A stretch of DNA of 64,000 nt from Terriglobia bacterium (GCA_965198225.1 CBDAOY010000007.1:352001-416000); one strand, 5' to 3'; shown: positions 22,072 through 31,183, counted from the stretch's first letter. Translations and numbers: made by a program. Notes: generated by a model not told the origin, from the sequence alone.

Positions 22072-22703
22072 CGGGGGCGGTTCAGTCGTGTGGGATTTTC
22101 GCCGAAACCATACTTCGCGCACGGCTCGTTCTCATACGGCCCGTGGCCGGCCATGGTGTGCATCATACCGCTGCGGGACATGCCGCGCGAGACGATCGGG
22201 CCGCTCCACTTCGTCGCCGCCGGATCGTCCTCGGGCTCCAGCGTGAGCACCACGAGGTACTTGTTCCACTCGACCCGACCACTGACCGAGCTGTTCGCGT
22301 CGAGCACCCCGAGCCGCTTCACCTGATCGATCTCGGAAGTTGTCAGCCATGCGGTGTAGTGACCCTGCTTGGGTGCCTTCAGACGCTCGAAGCCGATCGT
22401 CAGGTCATAGATGTAGGTTCCGTCCGGTGTGATCGAGACGCCGAACGGCGACCTGGCGAACGAAGCCTGGCCCAGCCCGCGGGAGCGCCCGGTTCCCGGG
22501 ACCCGGCCGGTCTTTACCATCTCGATCGCGTAGTAAGGCAGGTTCGGCGTCGGGAGCTCCGTCGCCGAACAGGGATTAACCGGGCCGGCGGGAACCGTGG
22601 CCGCGCTCGCCGCAAGAGGAGTGATCGGCGGCAGAGGCAACTCGAACGATGCGAGGACGACCAGAACGACCACCGCACCGACGAATCTCGGTCCCGTTGT
22701 CAT
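22068..22703 (-). CDS. secreted hypothetical protein with Met/His-rich C-terminus
   Basis: ATGA overlaps on both sides; signal peptide; C-terminal GMSRSGMMHTMAGHGPYENEPC. Confidence 0.8.
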   Translation of the reverse strand: MTTGPRFVGAVVVLVVLASFELPLPPITPLAASAATVPAGPVNPCSATELPTPNLPYYAIEMVKTGRVPGTGRSRGLGQASFARSPFGVSITPDGTYIYDLTIGFERLKAPKQGHYTAWLTTSEIDQVKRLGVLDANSSVSGRVEWNKYLVVLTLEPEDDPAATKWSGPIVSRGMSRSGMMHTMAGHGPYENEPCAKYGFGENPTRLNRPR

Positions 22704-24037
22704 TGCGGACCCTCCGAATCCCAGTCCTGCGCGCTGGAGATGTTCGGCACACCCCAGTCTGCGCCGTTCCAACCTTGGAATCCCTCCATCCGGAACGTCC
22801 AGAACCCGGTCGACATGTCGCTGACCCCGATCAGACCATCGGCATTTCGCACGTCGACGCCAAAGGCGCCGTTGAACATCGGGTTGCGCCGCGTGTTCGG
22901 TGGCCCGACGTATGTGTCGTAGTAGGCGACCGTCACGGGGTTGCGCGGATCCATCATGCTGAACACCTGGAGACCGTCCAGGTAGCCCGACACGAACACG
23001 TAGGGCCAACGCACCTCGTGGTTGTGCGTGAGGTTCTTCCAGTCCGCCGTCCATCCTGATATGGGTCGCGAGATGTTTTCGACCTCGCCATTCAGCCCGG
23101 GCTCCAGATCGAAGATGCGCAGCGGCGCGTACTGGTATTCCGTCTCGGCGATGACGTAGCGGCCGTCGGGCGTCGGTGTGAAGGTGTGACCGCTTCGCAC
23201 GCCGCTGATGCCGGTCAGGGTGACCAGCAGCTCGGGTTTTTCCAGGTCCGTGATGTTGTAGACGTAGTAGCCTCCGGTGCCGCCCCCGTAGAACCGGTCC
23301 TCGGCGTCGTCGGGGTGATACCCGGCATAGAAGTCGTGGTACCCGCGCCGGCCACCCTCGGCGTCACCGGCAGGAATCCGGGCGATCATCGCCTGCTCGG
23401 CACGGCCCTCGACCACCGAGCCGAGGTCGTACACCGCCGCGTACGGAGCCCGAAGCGTCGCGATGAGCAGTATCCGGCCGTTGCTGTGCTTGTAGATGAA
23501 GATGTTGTGGAAGCCGCCGGGCGTGTCCGGCTCGCGGAGCCGCGCCACCTCTTTCACGGTGCTGACGTCGGGCAGACCGGTCACGTCGACGATGACAGCA
23601 CCCATGTCGCTGTCGGGACCGCCCTGGCCGAACTGCAGCGACTGGACGAAGTAGTAGCGGCCGTCCCACTTGAAGTGCTTGACGTCCATGCCGCCGTTGC
23701 CGAGATGGAGATCCTGATCCTCGATCCGCCACTCATAGATCACCTTCGGTCTGGACGGATCCGAGATGTCGATCACGTCCGTGCCCTTGTCACCCTCCTC
23801 GCCGTAGACCATGCGGGCGACGTAGGCGTAAGGCCGCGAAAGCTCCTGCTCCATGTCCATGTCGGCCACGCTGAGCCGAGGACCGAGAGGGATATGGCCA
23901 AGCACTTGGAGGTTGTCGCTTCCAGGCTTCTGGGGAGTCCAGAGGGCCACGCCCTGGCCCAGCAGGCCCGGCTGTGAAATCAGGAGGCCCGCTGCGACGA
24001 TGAATGCAAGGACCAGGGTGGATTGACGCTTCTTCAC
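22700..24037 (-). CDS. secreted LVIVD-repeat beta-propeller protein (choice-of-anchor B-like)
   Basis: Signal peptide; repeated VIDISDP / IVDVTGLP / YNITDLEKP / FSMMDPRNP with FHN, YHD, GHT and THNH His motifs. Confidence 0.87.
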   Translation of the reverse strand: MKKRQSTLVLAFIVAAGLLISQPGLLGQGVALWTPQKPGSDNLQVLGHIPLGPRLSVADMDMEQELSRPYAYVARMVYGEEGDKGTDVIDISDPSRPKVIYEWRIEDQDLHLGNGGMDVKHFKWDGRYYFVQSLQFGQGGPDSDMGAVIVDVTGLPDVSTVKEVARLREPDTPGGFHNIFIYKHSNGRILLIATLRAPYAAVYDLGSVVEGRAEQAMIARIPAGDAEGGRRGYHDFYAGYHPDDAEDRFYGGGTGGYYVYNITDLEKPELLVTLTGISGVRSGHTFTPTPDGRYVIAETEYQYAPLRIFDLEPGLNGEVENISRPISGWTADWKNLTHNHEVRWPYVFVSGYLDGLQVFSMMDPRNPVTVAYYDTYVGPPNTRRNPMFNGAFGVDVRNADGLIGVSDMSTGFWTFRMEGFQGWNGADWGVPNISSAQDWDSEGPQ

Positions 24038-24070
24038 GGTTCACCTCGTGTGCGTTGGGATGAGTAGGAA

Positions 24071-24079
24071 ATTATAGCA
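24071..24079 (-). promoter_or_regulatory. candidate extended -10 promoter (TGcTATAAT) for the LVIVD-MCO operon
   Basis: ATTATAGCA on + reads TGCTATAAT on -, about 34 nt upstream of GTG 24037. No clear -35. Confidence 0.45.
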
Positions 24080-24265
24080 AAGTTCAACGGTGCGAAGGTT
24101 TCAAAGGATCCACGCTTCGGTCCGAGTATAGGCGCCGACAGCCCATCTGCTCCAAGAATGAAATAGGTGAAAACGAATTGGGGGAAATGGGGGCTCTGTC
24201 GCCCTAATTTCTTTGACACTGGCCACTCTTGTATGTCTTCATCGCGAGGTTGGGGGTGCTCTGAA

Positions 24266-25153
24266 ATGCGTAGCGTCTTTCAGTTTGGGGCCGTCTTGCT
24301 CGCGTTCGCCACAGGTGCATTCCTGGCGTTTTCTCTTCCAGCCGTGCCGGTCCAGAGTCAGGGTTCGTCTTACGACGTGCCGCGTCTGCCGGACGGCAAG
24401 CCGGACATGAACGGCATCTGGCAGGCGCTCGGCAATGCTCATTGGGACATCGAGCCGCATATGGCCCATGCCGCGCTCGCTACGCAGTCGGGCCCCGTGG
24501 TGCCCGTGCCGGCGAAAGAGGTGTTGGCCTTCGGTGCCGTGGGCGCTGTGCCTTCGGGGTATGGCGTGGTGGAGGGGGGCGAGATTCCCTACCTGCCGGA
24601 GGCGCTCGAGAAGAGGAAGGAGAACCAGGAGAACTGGCTCACCCGTGACCCGGAAATCAAGTGCTATCTGCCGGGTGTTCCGCGCGCCACCTACATGCAG
24701 TTCCCGTTTCAGATCTTCCAGAGTGAGAGCAAGTTTTTCATCGCCTACGAGTTTGCCGGCGCCGTCCGCGATATCCATTATGCGGACCCGGGTCCGGCGC
24801 AGGTCGACTCGTGGACGGGCCAATCCGTCGGCCGGTGGGAGGGCGATACCTTCCTGGTCGAGGTTACCGGGTTCAACGACGGGACGTGGTTCGACCGGGC
24901 GGGAAACCACCACAGTGCCGCGATGAAAGTCACCGAGCGGTACACGATGACGAGCCCCGACCACCTCTGGTACGACGCCACGATCGAAGATCCGAACACA
25001 TTCTCCCGTCCGTGGACCATCCGCTTGCCGCTGTACCGCAACATCGATCCGGATGCACGGCTCGGTCAGTTCAAGTGCGTCGAGTTCGTGGAGGAGCTCA
25101 TCTACGGACACCTCCGCAAGAACCCGATCCCGGATCTGGAGGAGGGGAAATGA
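24266..25153 (+). CDS. secreted conserved hypothetical protein ('PRxPDGKPDL..GRWEGDT' family), paralog 1
   Basis: Signal peptide; PRLPDGKPDMNGIWQ, DPEIKCYLPGVPRA, GQSVGRWEGDTFLVEVTGFND, FKCVE. Confidence 0.85.
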   Translation: MRSVFQFGAVLLAFATGAFLAFSLPAVPVQSQGSSYDVPRLPDGKPDMNGIWQALGNAHWDIEPHMAHAALATQSGPVVPVPAKEVLAFGAVGAVPSGYGVVEGGEIPYLPEALEKRKENQENWLTRDPEIKCYLPGVPRATYMQFPFQIFQSESKFFIAYEFAGAVRDIHYADPGPAQVDSWTGQSVGRWEGDTFLVEVTGFNDGTWFDRAGNHHSAAMKVTERYTMTSPDHLWYDATIEDPNTFSRPWTIRLPLYRNIDPDARLGQFKCVEFVEELIYGHLRKNPIPDLEEGK

Positions 25154-26268
25154 GGCCATACTACCGGTCGCTACCGGCGCTTTCCTTTGCAGTGGCGTTT
25201 TGCGGGCTGGTGGCTTTCGCGGTGGCGCAGACCCCGCCCTCTACTGCGGCGCAGGCCCCGCCGCCTGAGGCTGCGCCACCGGTTGTACCGAGGACGCCCG
25301 ACGGTCATCCGGACCTGCAGGGCAACTGGACCAACGCGACGGCGACTCCGATCCAGCGTCCCGAAGGTCAGGGCCCTGTTCTCGACCCGGAACAGGTCGC
25401 CGAGATCGAGGGTGAGAGGCAGGAGTTCATCGCAGAGCTGTCTGCAGACAGCGATCCCGACCGGCAGGCGCCCCCCGTGGGTGGTGTCTTCACAGGAGAC
25501 GCGCGCTTCGATGCGGCAACCGGCGGAACGGGAGGCTACAACTACTTCTATATTGATGCCGGCGACCGAGTGGCCGTCTTCAATGGCAAGCCCCGGAGCT
25601 CACTGGTCGTGGATCCGCCGGACGGCCGCATTCCTCCCCTGACGCCCGAAGCGCGGCAGGCGCGGGAGGAGGCCGGTGCTCGGGCCGGCCAATTCGGCCC
25701 TTTCGACAACCCGGAGAATCGGCCGCTCGGCGAGCGTTGCATCATGTCGTTCGGCTCTAATGCAGGCCCGCCGATGCTCCCCAACTACTTTTACAACAAC
25801 AACTACACTATCGTGCAGACCGCCGATCACATTATGATCCTGACCGAGATGGTCCACGATGTCCGGATCATCAGGCTTGGCGAGCGAAAGCCGCTGCCGG
25901 CGCACATTCGCCCCTGGATGGGCGATTCGTGGGGTCGGTGGGAAGGCGATACGCTCGTGGTCGAGACCACCAATCTTCCCCTGGATCAGGTGAACGGTCA
26001 CCGCTTCATCCACCCCGGCGGTTCTGAGAACATGAAAGTGATCGAACGCTTCACCCGGGTCGACGCTCACACGATCAACTACGAGTTCACCGTGCAGGAC
26101 CCAACGTTCTATACCCGCCCGTGGAGCGGGGAGGTGCCGTTCAAGGTGCTTGACGGCCTCGTTTACGAATACGCGTGTCACGAGGCGAACTACTCACTCT
26201 TCAACGTGCTGAGCGGCGCCCGTGCGCAGGAACGTGAAGCGGCAGAGAAAGGAAAGGAGCCGAGATGA
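25150..26268 (+). CDS. secreted conserved hypothetical protein (same family), paralog 2
   Basis: ATGA overlap and GGAGG RBS; PRTPDGHPDLQGNW, ERC, MGDSWGRWEGDTLVVETTN, YEYACHEAN. Confidence 0.85.
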   Translation: MRPYYRSLPALSFAVAFCGLVAFAVAQTPPSTAAQAPPPEAAPPVVPRTPDGHPDLQGNWTNATATPIQRPEGQGPVLDPEQVAEIEGERQEFIAELSADSDPDRQAPPVGGVFTGDARFDAATGGTGGYNYFYIDAGDRVAVFNGKPRSSLVVDPPDGRIPPLTPEARQAREEAGARAGQFGPFDNPENRPLGERCIMSFGSNAGPPMLPNYFYNNNYTIVQTADHIMILTEMVHDVRIIRLGERKPLPAHIRPWMGDSWGRWEGDTLVVETTNLPLDQVNGHRFIHPGGSENMKVIERFTRVDAHTINYEFTVQDPTFYTRPWSGEVPFKVLDGLVYEYACHEANYSLFNVLSGARAQEREAAEKGKEPR

Positions 26269-26723
26269 AGACCACGCGCACGATACGCGGGACACTGATC
26301 GGGAGCGTCGTGGCGGCAATTGCCTTCGCCTGTGCGGCGCCGCTCGTGGCGCATCACGCCTTCGGCGGCGAGTTCGACCGGAACGCGCCCATTCGACTCG
26401 AGGGAAGAATCGTCAAGCTCGAGTGGGTAAACCCCCACTCCTGGATTCACATTGAGGTTGTGGATGAGACCGGCACGACCGAGGTGTGGATGGTGGAGGG
26501 CGGAACGCCCAACGTGCTGCTTCGACGAGGGCTTCGACGGGATTGCCTCAAACCCGGCACCGTGATCATCGTCGACGGCTATCAGGCGCGGGACCACTCG
26601 CTCAAGCGGGCGAACGGCCGCGACGTGACCTTCACAGACGGCAACAAGATCTTCATGGGATCGTCAGGTACGGGGGCGCCCGATGAAGCCCAGCGCCGGA
26701 GGACCGAGAGGGGACGCTGTTGA
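26265..26723 (+). CDS. DUF6152-like secreted protein
   Basis: ATGA overlap; signal peptide ending PLVA, then HHAFGGEFD..EWVNPHSWI..W.VEGGTPNVLLRRG..LKPG. Confidence 0.85.
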   Translation: MKTTRTIRGTLIGSVVAAIAFACAAPLVAHHAFGGEFDRNAPIRLEGRIVKLEWVNPHSWIHIEVVDETGTTEVWMVEGGTPNVLLRRGLRRDCLKPGTVIIVDGYQARDHSLKRANGRDVTFTDGNKIFMGSSGTGAPDEAQRRRTERGRC

Positions 26724-26751
26724 CCCCTCGCTGCCGGCCCCGGGTCGCTGG

Positions 26752-27225
26752 TTAGCTGGAGAATCCGATCCAACGCCCGGCTGCCGCAACCGTGAACCAC
26801 AGGCCAATCGAGACAACGGCCACCAGTTTCTGCCAGCGTGGCCCGATTCTTCTCTCTTCACTCATCACCGCGCGGACGACAAAGGTGAATGTCACCGCCA
26901 GCGGCAGCGCCGTCATCTTTACCCAGAAGGACGTGTTGTAGTAGCACTTGAGGGCTTCCGAAGAAAACAGCGCGGCCCCGGTCAATGCCATTACGATCAG
27001 GCTGCCGATGAGCCACGGTTGCGTGTCGCGCACGAGTTCGACGAGCGGCTGACCGCGAAGTCCAAGCCCGAGCCGACGCAATTCGACGATCAATACCGCT
27101 CCACCAATCAGGGCAAGACCTAGAAGGTGGACGGACTCGATGACGGCAAAAGCCCACGTGGAATTTCTGATCGCCTCCCCCAGCCTCGTCGACTCGCACC
27201 ACTCAAAAAAAGGTAGGAGGGACAT
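26752..27225 (-). CDS. DUF6644-like 4-TM membrane protein
   Basis: FFEWCES..FAVIESVHLLGLALIGG..TGAALF..FWVKM..SIGLW..AGRWIGF; TGATG coupling to the upstream paralog. Confidence 0.85.
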   Translation of the reverse strand: MSLLPFFEWCESTRLGEAIRNSTWAFAVIESVHLLGLALIGGAVLIVELRRLGLGLRGQPLVELVRDTQPWLIGSLIVMALTGAALFSSEALKCYYNTSFWVKMTALPLAVTFTFVVRAVMSEERRIGPRWQKLVAVVSIGLWFTVAAAGRWIGFSS

Positions 27226-27800
27226 CACCGGGAATCGACGACACAACCGGCCCACCAGTTGACGAGTTCCGGTTGCGGCTGAAGATCGCAGTCGAACCAG
27301 TTGTAGGCAATCATGCGCCCGCAAACGATGATGAGGGCCCAGAATGCGAGAGACAGAATCCCGGCCATACGGGCCCCTCTGGGTGGGATCGGATCGCTGG
27401 CCCAGCTCGCTATGCTCCGGTAGACCCCCGAGTGGAATACCCAGACGTTCGCGCCGGCCAGAATCAGAAAGACAACCTTGAACCGAAAGAAGACGTTCTG
27501 GAAAGTTCGCACTGGAATGGCATAGAAGAGGAGCGAACCGGTCACCACCATCACGATGAAGCCGAGCGTCATCCACGGCAGCAGCCGCCTGATGACTTCG
27601 TTCACCGGCGCCTGCCTCATCGTGAGTCCCACCAGTCGCAAGTCGAGCATCGCCGCCAACCCTACGAAAAGGGTCAGAGTCAGCACGTGGGTCGATTCAA
27701 CCAGAGGATACAGGTAGAGCGATTCGTGGAGCGCGATACTCCACGACGTGCTTGCGAGCCACTCGCAGAAGTCCAGCATCTGCGGGTAGCTTGCTATCAT
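27225..27800 (-). CDS. DUF6644-like membrane protein with C-terminal Cys-containing extension
   Basis: YPLVESTHVLTL..DLRLVGL..TGSLLF..FRFK..GRMIAYNWFDC..WAGC. Start could be 27779. Confidence 0.85.
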   Translation of the reverse strand: MIASYPQMLDFCEWLASTSWSIALHESLYLYPLVESTHVLTLTLFVGLAAMLDLRLVGLTMRQAPVNEVIRRLLPWMTLGFIVMVVTGSLLFYAIPVRTFQNVFFRFKVVFLILAGANVWVFHSGVYRSIASWASDPIPPRGARMAGILSLAFWALIIVCGRMIAYNWFDCDLQPQPELVNWWAGCVVDSR

Positions 27801-27916
27801 CGGGCAGCGGGGCTTGTCAAGGCTATGGGAGCTTGTGGAGGCGCGGTCTTATGAGGACGGGAGGGGCTCCTGGAGTGAATGAACTGCCAGGCCGCACTCC
27901 GGAGCGGTACAGAGTC

Positions 27917-28483
27917 TTATTGCAAGCCTCTTGTCACTTCCGCCGGATACCAATACTTGTTGTGACATTGTTCGCAGGATTCATAGAGCTCGCCACCAGT
28001 GGTGAAGATCGCTTCTGCGTTCCTGGCGTCCGCCGCGGCCAGTGAGGCCATGGCTGCATCGTGCAGTCCGAGCGACAGCCGGTCCCAACTTTCCCGATCC
28101 TCTTCCATCAACGCCTGTATCTCCTCAATGGACAGCATGATGTTCGCGCCCTCCTCCAGTTTTTCTCCGGGAGCCACGACCCGACGGCCGGGCACCAGTA
28201 AAAGGTTAGAGGCTTCGATCAACGTGATGATGTGCCGTCGAACCTCGGCCCACTCCTCCTCGGTCTGCGGTGCCCTTTCATGAGTACCTTCCGCATCCAT
28301 GATCGTGCCGACGGACCCCCATACGACATCCGCACTGGGATCGATGATGGACTTCATGATTTCCTGCACTGTTGCCGTTGCGCGGTACTCGGGTTGTGGG
28401 GTAGCGCACCCGCTGTTGAGCAAGAAAAGAACGCTCGCCTGTAAAACAAAAGAGTATGCTCGCATTCCGGTCCTCATCTCCAT
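27917..28483 (-). CDS. lipoprotein with C-terminal CxxCH, cytochrome c'-like four-helix bundle
   Basis: Lipobox LLNSGC; helical body; GGELYESCEQCHNKYWYP near the C-terminus. Start uncertain (28483/28477/28465). Confidence 0.8.
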   Translation of the reverse strand: MEMRTGMRAYSFVLQASVLFLLNSGCATPQPEYRATATVQEIMKSIIDPSADVVWGSVGTIMDAEGTHERAPQTEEEWAEVRRHIITLIEASNLLLVPGRRVVAPGEKLEEGANIMLSIEEIQALMEEDRESWDRLSLGLHDAAMASLAAADARNAEAIFTTGGELYESCEQCHNKYWYPAEVTRGLQ

Positions 28484-28490
28484 CGCCCGT

Positions 28491-28699
28491 CTAGTGACCT
28501 GTAACAGTGCTATTGGTACCAGCGTTCGGCCGAACGGCGTCGGATTCTAGGAGTGACGCTCGAGCCAATGCTGTTTCATTGCGAGGGCGTTACGACACCG
28601 AAGACGGCGCCGTTTGAGCATCGCTTTCCGTCCCCCTCCTCGACCTCGCCCGCAAGACCCATCGGCGATGGTGCCGATCGCACTGTTACAGGCCACTGG
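28491..28699. mobile_element. MITE-like element with 31-bp terminal inverted repeats
   Basis: CTAGTGACCTGTAACAGTGCTATTGGTACCA (28491-28521) vs reverse complement of 28669-28699, CCAGTGGCCTGTAACAGTGCGATCGGCACCA: 26/31 identical. No transposase inside. Confidence 0.7.
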
Positions 28700-28974
28700 A
28701 ATCAACTCCGCAGCAACGGTCCGCATGCACGCGCAGGGACGTCCAGCGCCGGGACCCTGGTAACCTGGCTTCACGTTCGAGCCGAGCCAGTTGTTCGTTT
28801 TCCTTCCCCAATGTCTGAAGACTCGCGTGAATAATACGAAAGGAAAGATTCGGAAAGCAATTGGGCAGTCCATTGGTTGTAGGCCGATCCAAGAGCTCCG
28901 GTCGGAGCTCCGGTCGAGCTGATAGACATAGGTGGGCGAATCCGTCAGGATTACGCTCAGACGCGTCCGGATGC

Positions 28975-29097
28975 GCGATCGGCGGCGCGGAAATCACGAG
29001 TCCGCCCAGGGACACCGACCTCGCTTCGCAGGAGTACTACGTCCGGGACCTGGAGGGGCATCTCTGGGTGTTCAGCACGCGAGAGGAGGCATCATGA
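28975..29097 (+). pseudogene. C-terminal fragment of a VOC/glyoxalase family gene
   Basis: GAEITSPPRDTDLASQEYYVRDLEGHLWVFST ends in an ATGA overlap with the next gene; N-terminus missing. Confidence 0.65.
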
Positions 29098-30245
29098 GAC
29101 TGGAGCGAATCGGCGTAGCCCTCACAATCGTTGTTCTGGTGGCTCTTCCGGCCTGCGTCAGCGAGAACCCGGCGGCGCCGCAGCCTGGGCCCCAGGAAGT
29201 GATCACCAAGGGCGGGGACGAGAGGACGGGACACTACGATGTCGTGGAGGGCTGGTGGAAGGCAGCGCCGAACCACGGCGACGAGTGGACCTGGGGACAG
29301 GTGGCGGGGGTCGCAGTGGACAACTCCGACCGGATCATCGTGGTGACCCGGGGTGACTGGCCGGCGGACCGGTCCGGGCCGAGGGAGGTTCGTCCAACGA
29401 ACTTCATCGTGGTAGCCGACCGGAACGGAAACATAGTCGAGAGCTGGAGCCAGTGGGACTCGATCCTGACCCTGCCCCACCAGGTCTACATCAGTCCCTA
29501 CGATCCGGAGCGCCACGTCTGGGTCGTCGACAGTGGAGGCGGCAACGGCCACATGCAGGTCTTGAAGTTCACCAACGACGGGAGCGAGTTGGTGATGCGG
29601 CTCGGTGAACCCGACCACCCCAAGACCCGGGAAGAGGCCCGGGCAAACCCGGACCCGGGTCCGTACACCTTCGGGTGGCCGTCGAAACTCGCCTTCCTCC
29701 CGGATGGCAGCTTCTACCTGGCGGACGGCTACTGGAACTCGCGAATCGTCAAATACAGCGCGGACGGCGAGCATGTGATCGAGTGGGGGGCGCTCGGGGA
29801 CGGCCCCGGCGAGTTCGATCTCCTTCACGGCCTCGCCGTGGATCGGGACCGGCGCGTCTACGTTGGCGACCGCCAGAACAGTCGCATCCAGATTTTTGGC
29901 GCCGCCGGTGAGTTCATCGAGGAATGGCCCGACATCTTCGATCCCGTCGACATCTACATCGACGAGAACCAGTGGATCTGGGTGTTGGATGCGAGCCTGA
30001 ACCGGGTTCTGAAGTACAGCCGGGACGGCGTACTCCAGTACCATTGGGGTGCCTACGGACGGGCAGGCGCGATCGGTCGAGGCACCTGGGCGGGCGGCCT
30101 GTCACTTCCCCACCAACTCGACATGGATGCGGAGGGCAACATCTATATCGCCTCCTACAGCGGTGGATGGGTGGACAAGTTCGTTCCGAAGCCGGGAGCC
30201 GATCCTGCCAAGCTGCTCGGGAGGCCGCTGTTGCTCACCGACTAA
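29094..30245 (+). CDS. NHL-repeat lipoprotein, PAL-like beta-propeller
   Basis: GGAGG RBS; lipobox LPAC; FYLADGYWNSRIVKYSADG, FDLLHGLAVDRDRRVYVGDRQNSRIQIF, PHQLDMDAEGNIY. Confidence 0.88.
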   Translation: MRLERIGVALTIVVLVALPACVSENPAAPQPGPQEVITKGGDERTGHYDVVEGWWKAAPNHGDEWTWGQVAGVAVDNSDRIIVVTRGDWPADRSGPREVRPTNFIVVADRNGNIVESWSQWDSILTLPHQVYISPYDPERHVWVVDSGGGNGHMQVLKFTNDGSELVMRLGEPDHPKTREEARANPDPGPYTFGWPSKLAFLPDGSFYLADGYWNSRIVKYSADGEHVIEWGALGDGPGEFDLLHGLAVDRDRRVYVGDRQNSRIQIFGAAGEFIEEWPDIFDPVDIYIDENQWIWVLDASLNRVLKYSRDGVLQYHWGAYGRAGAIGRGTWAGGLSLPHQLDMDAEGNIYIASYSGGWVDKFVPKPGADPAKLLGRPLLLTD

Positions 30246-30269
30246 GGTCGTTTCCACGGGATATCCACG

Positions 30270-31094
30270 ATGATCGTACAATCCGGGCCCGACGGTCAGT
30301 CCAGACACTTTGTCATCAAGCTGGAAGAGCATCTCGGGCTGGTGGGCCAGCTTGCCGAGAACTTCGGCAATGAGGAGTTCCTGACGCCCGAGCCGCGCGA
30401 GCTGTTTCTTTATACCTGCCGATGGCACGACAGGGGCTGGAGGGACCTGGACGACAATCCGCCGCTCGATCCCAAGACGGGCCTGCCCTACAACCTCGGG
30501 GAGACGCCGCTCCCCATCCTGATGCTCACCAGCTCAAGCTCCCCGGCGCACAACGAGGCTCGTCATCCCTATTGCGGATTGATAGACAGCATGCACATCT
30601 GGGGGCTCTACAACGGCCGCTATGGATTTTCCGACAAGGTGCTGCTCGATGCGATCCCAGACAAGCACCGGGTGATGGTCGACACCATGCTCAGTCTGGA
30701 GTACCAGCGCCAGACAAGATTGAAGGCGGGGCTGGCCGCCGACCCGGAAACCGCACCGTGGGTCGAAGAGAAGCGGCTCTTCGCGAACTACAAGCTACTT
30801 CAGTTCTTCGACACGATGGCGCTCTATTTCAACTGCACCCACAAGGCGGGTCGGGGGGAATCGACGTTCCATCACGTACCCCGGAACGTGAGTGACGACG
30901 TCGATGTCCGCATTCGCCCCGAGGGCGACAACAACTACAGCCTGTCCCCCTATCCGTTCCGCGAAAGCCCGCTGGAGGTCTCGTTCGAGGGCCGCTTCCT
31001 GACGCCGTGGAGCGCAGGCGAGACGCCCGACATGGCGGCGGCAATGCGAGAAACGCCGGTGGAACGCCAGACCGCGGTTTTGGTCGCTTGGTAA
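30270..31094 (+). CDS. DUF3891-like protein (HD-related)
   Basis: H..L.GQLAENFGN..HDRGW..D..TGLPY..HPYCGLI.SMH..LLQFFDTMALYF..LSPYPF. Confidence 0.8.
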   Translation: MIVQSGPDGQSRHFVIKLEEHLGLVGQLAENFGNEEFLTPEPRELFLYTCRWHDRGWRDLDDNPPLDPKTGLPYNLGETPLPILMLTSSSSPAHNEARHPYCGLIDSMHIWGLYNGRYGFSDKVLLDAIPDKHRVMVDTMLSLEYQRQTRLKAGLAADPETAPWVEEKRLFANYKLLQFFDTMALYFNCTHKAGRGESTFHHVPRNVSDDVDVRIRPEGDNNYSLSPYPFRESPLEVSFEGRFLTPWSAGETPDMAAAMRETPVERQTAVLVAW

Positions 31095-31132
31095 AGAGGC
31101 GAATCCGGCTGTTCGGGAAGACCTGGCGGTAA

Positions 31133-31177
31133 TAAAACAAGAGGGGTTCGGAGGGCAGGGGGTGGCGGGACGCACGG
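31133..31177 (-). mobile_element. short IS91/ISCR-like oriIS-end remnant
   Basis: TAAAACAAGAGGGGTTCGGAGGGCAGGGGGTGGCGGGACGCACGG matches the 3' end of the IS91-like element at 45.9 kb. Confidence 0.75.
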
Positions 31178-31183
31178 ACCTCG

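Noticed and set aside
24213-24240. TTGACA as a sigma70 -35 box for the 24266 operon
   Set aside because: No acceptable -10 hexamer at 16-18 nt spacing.
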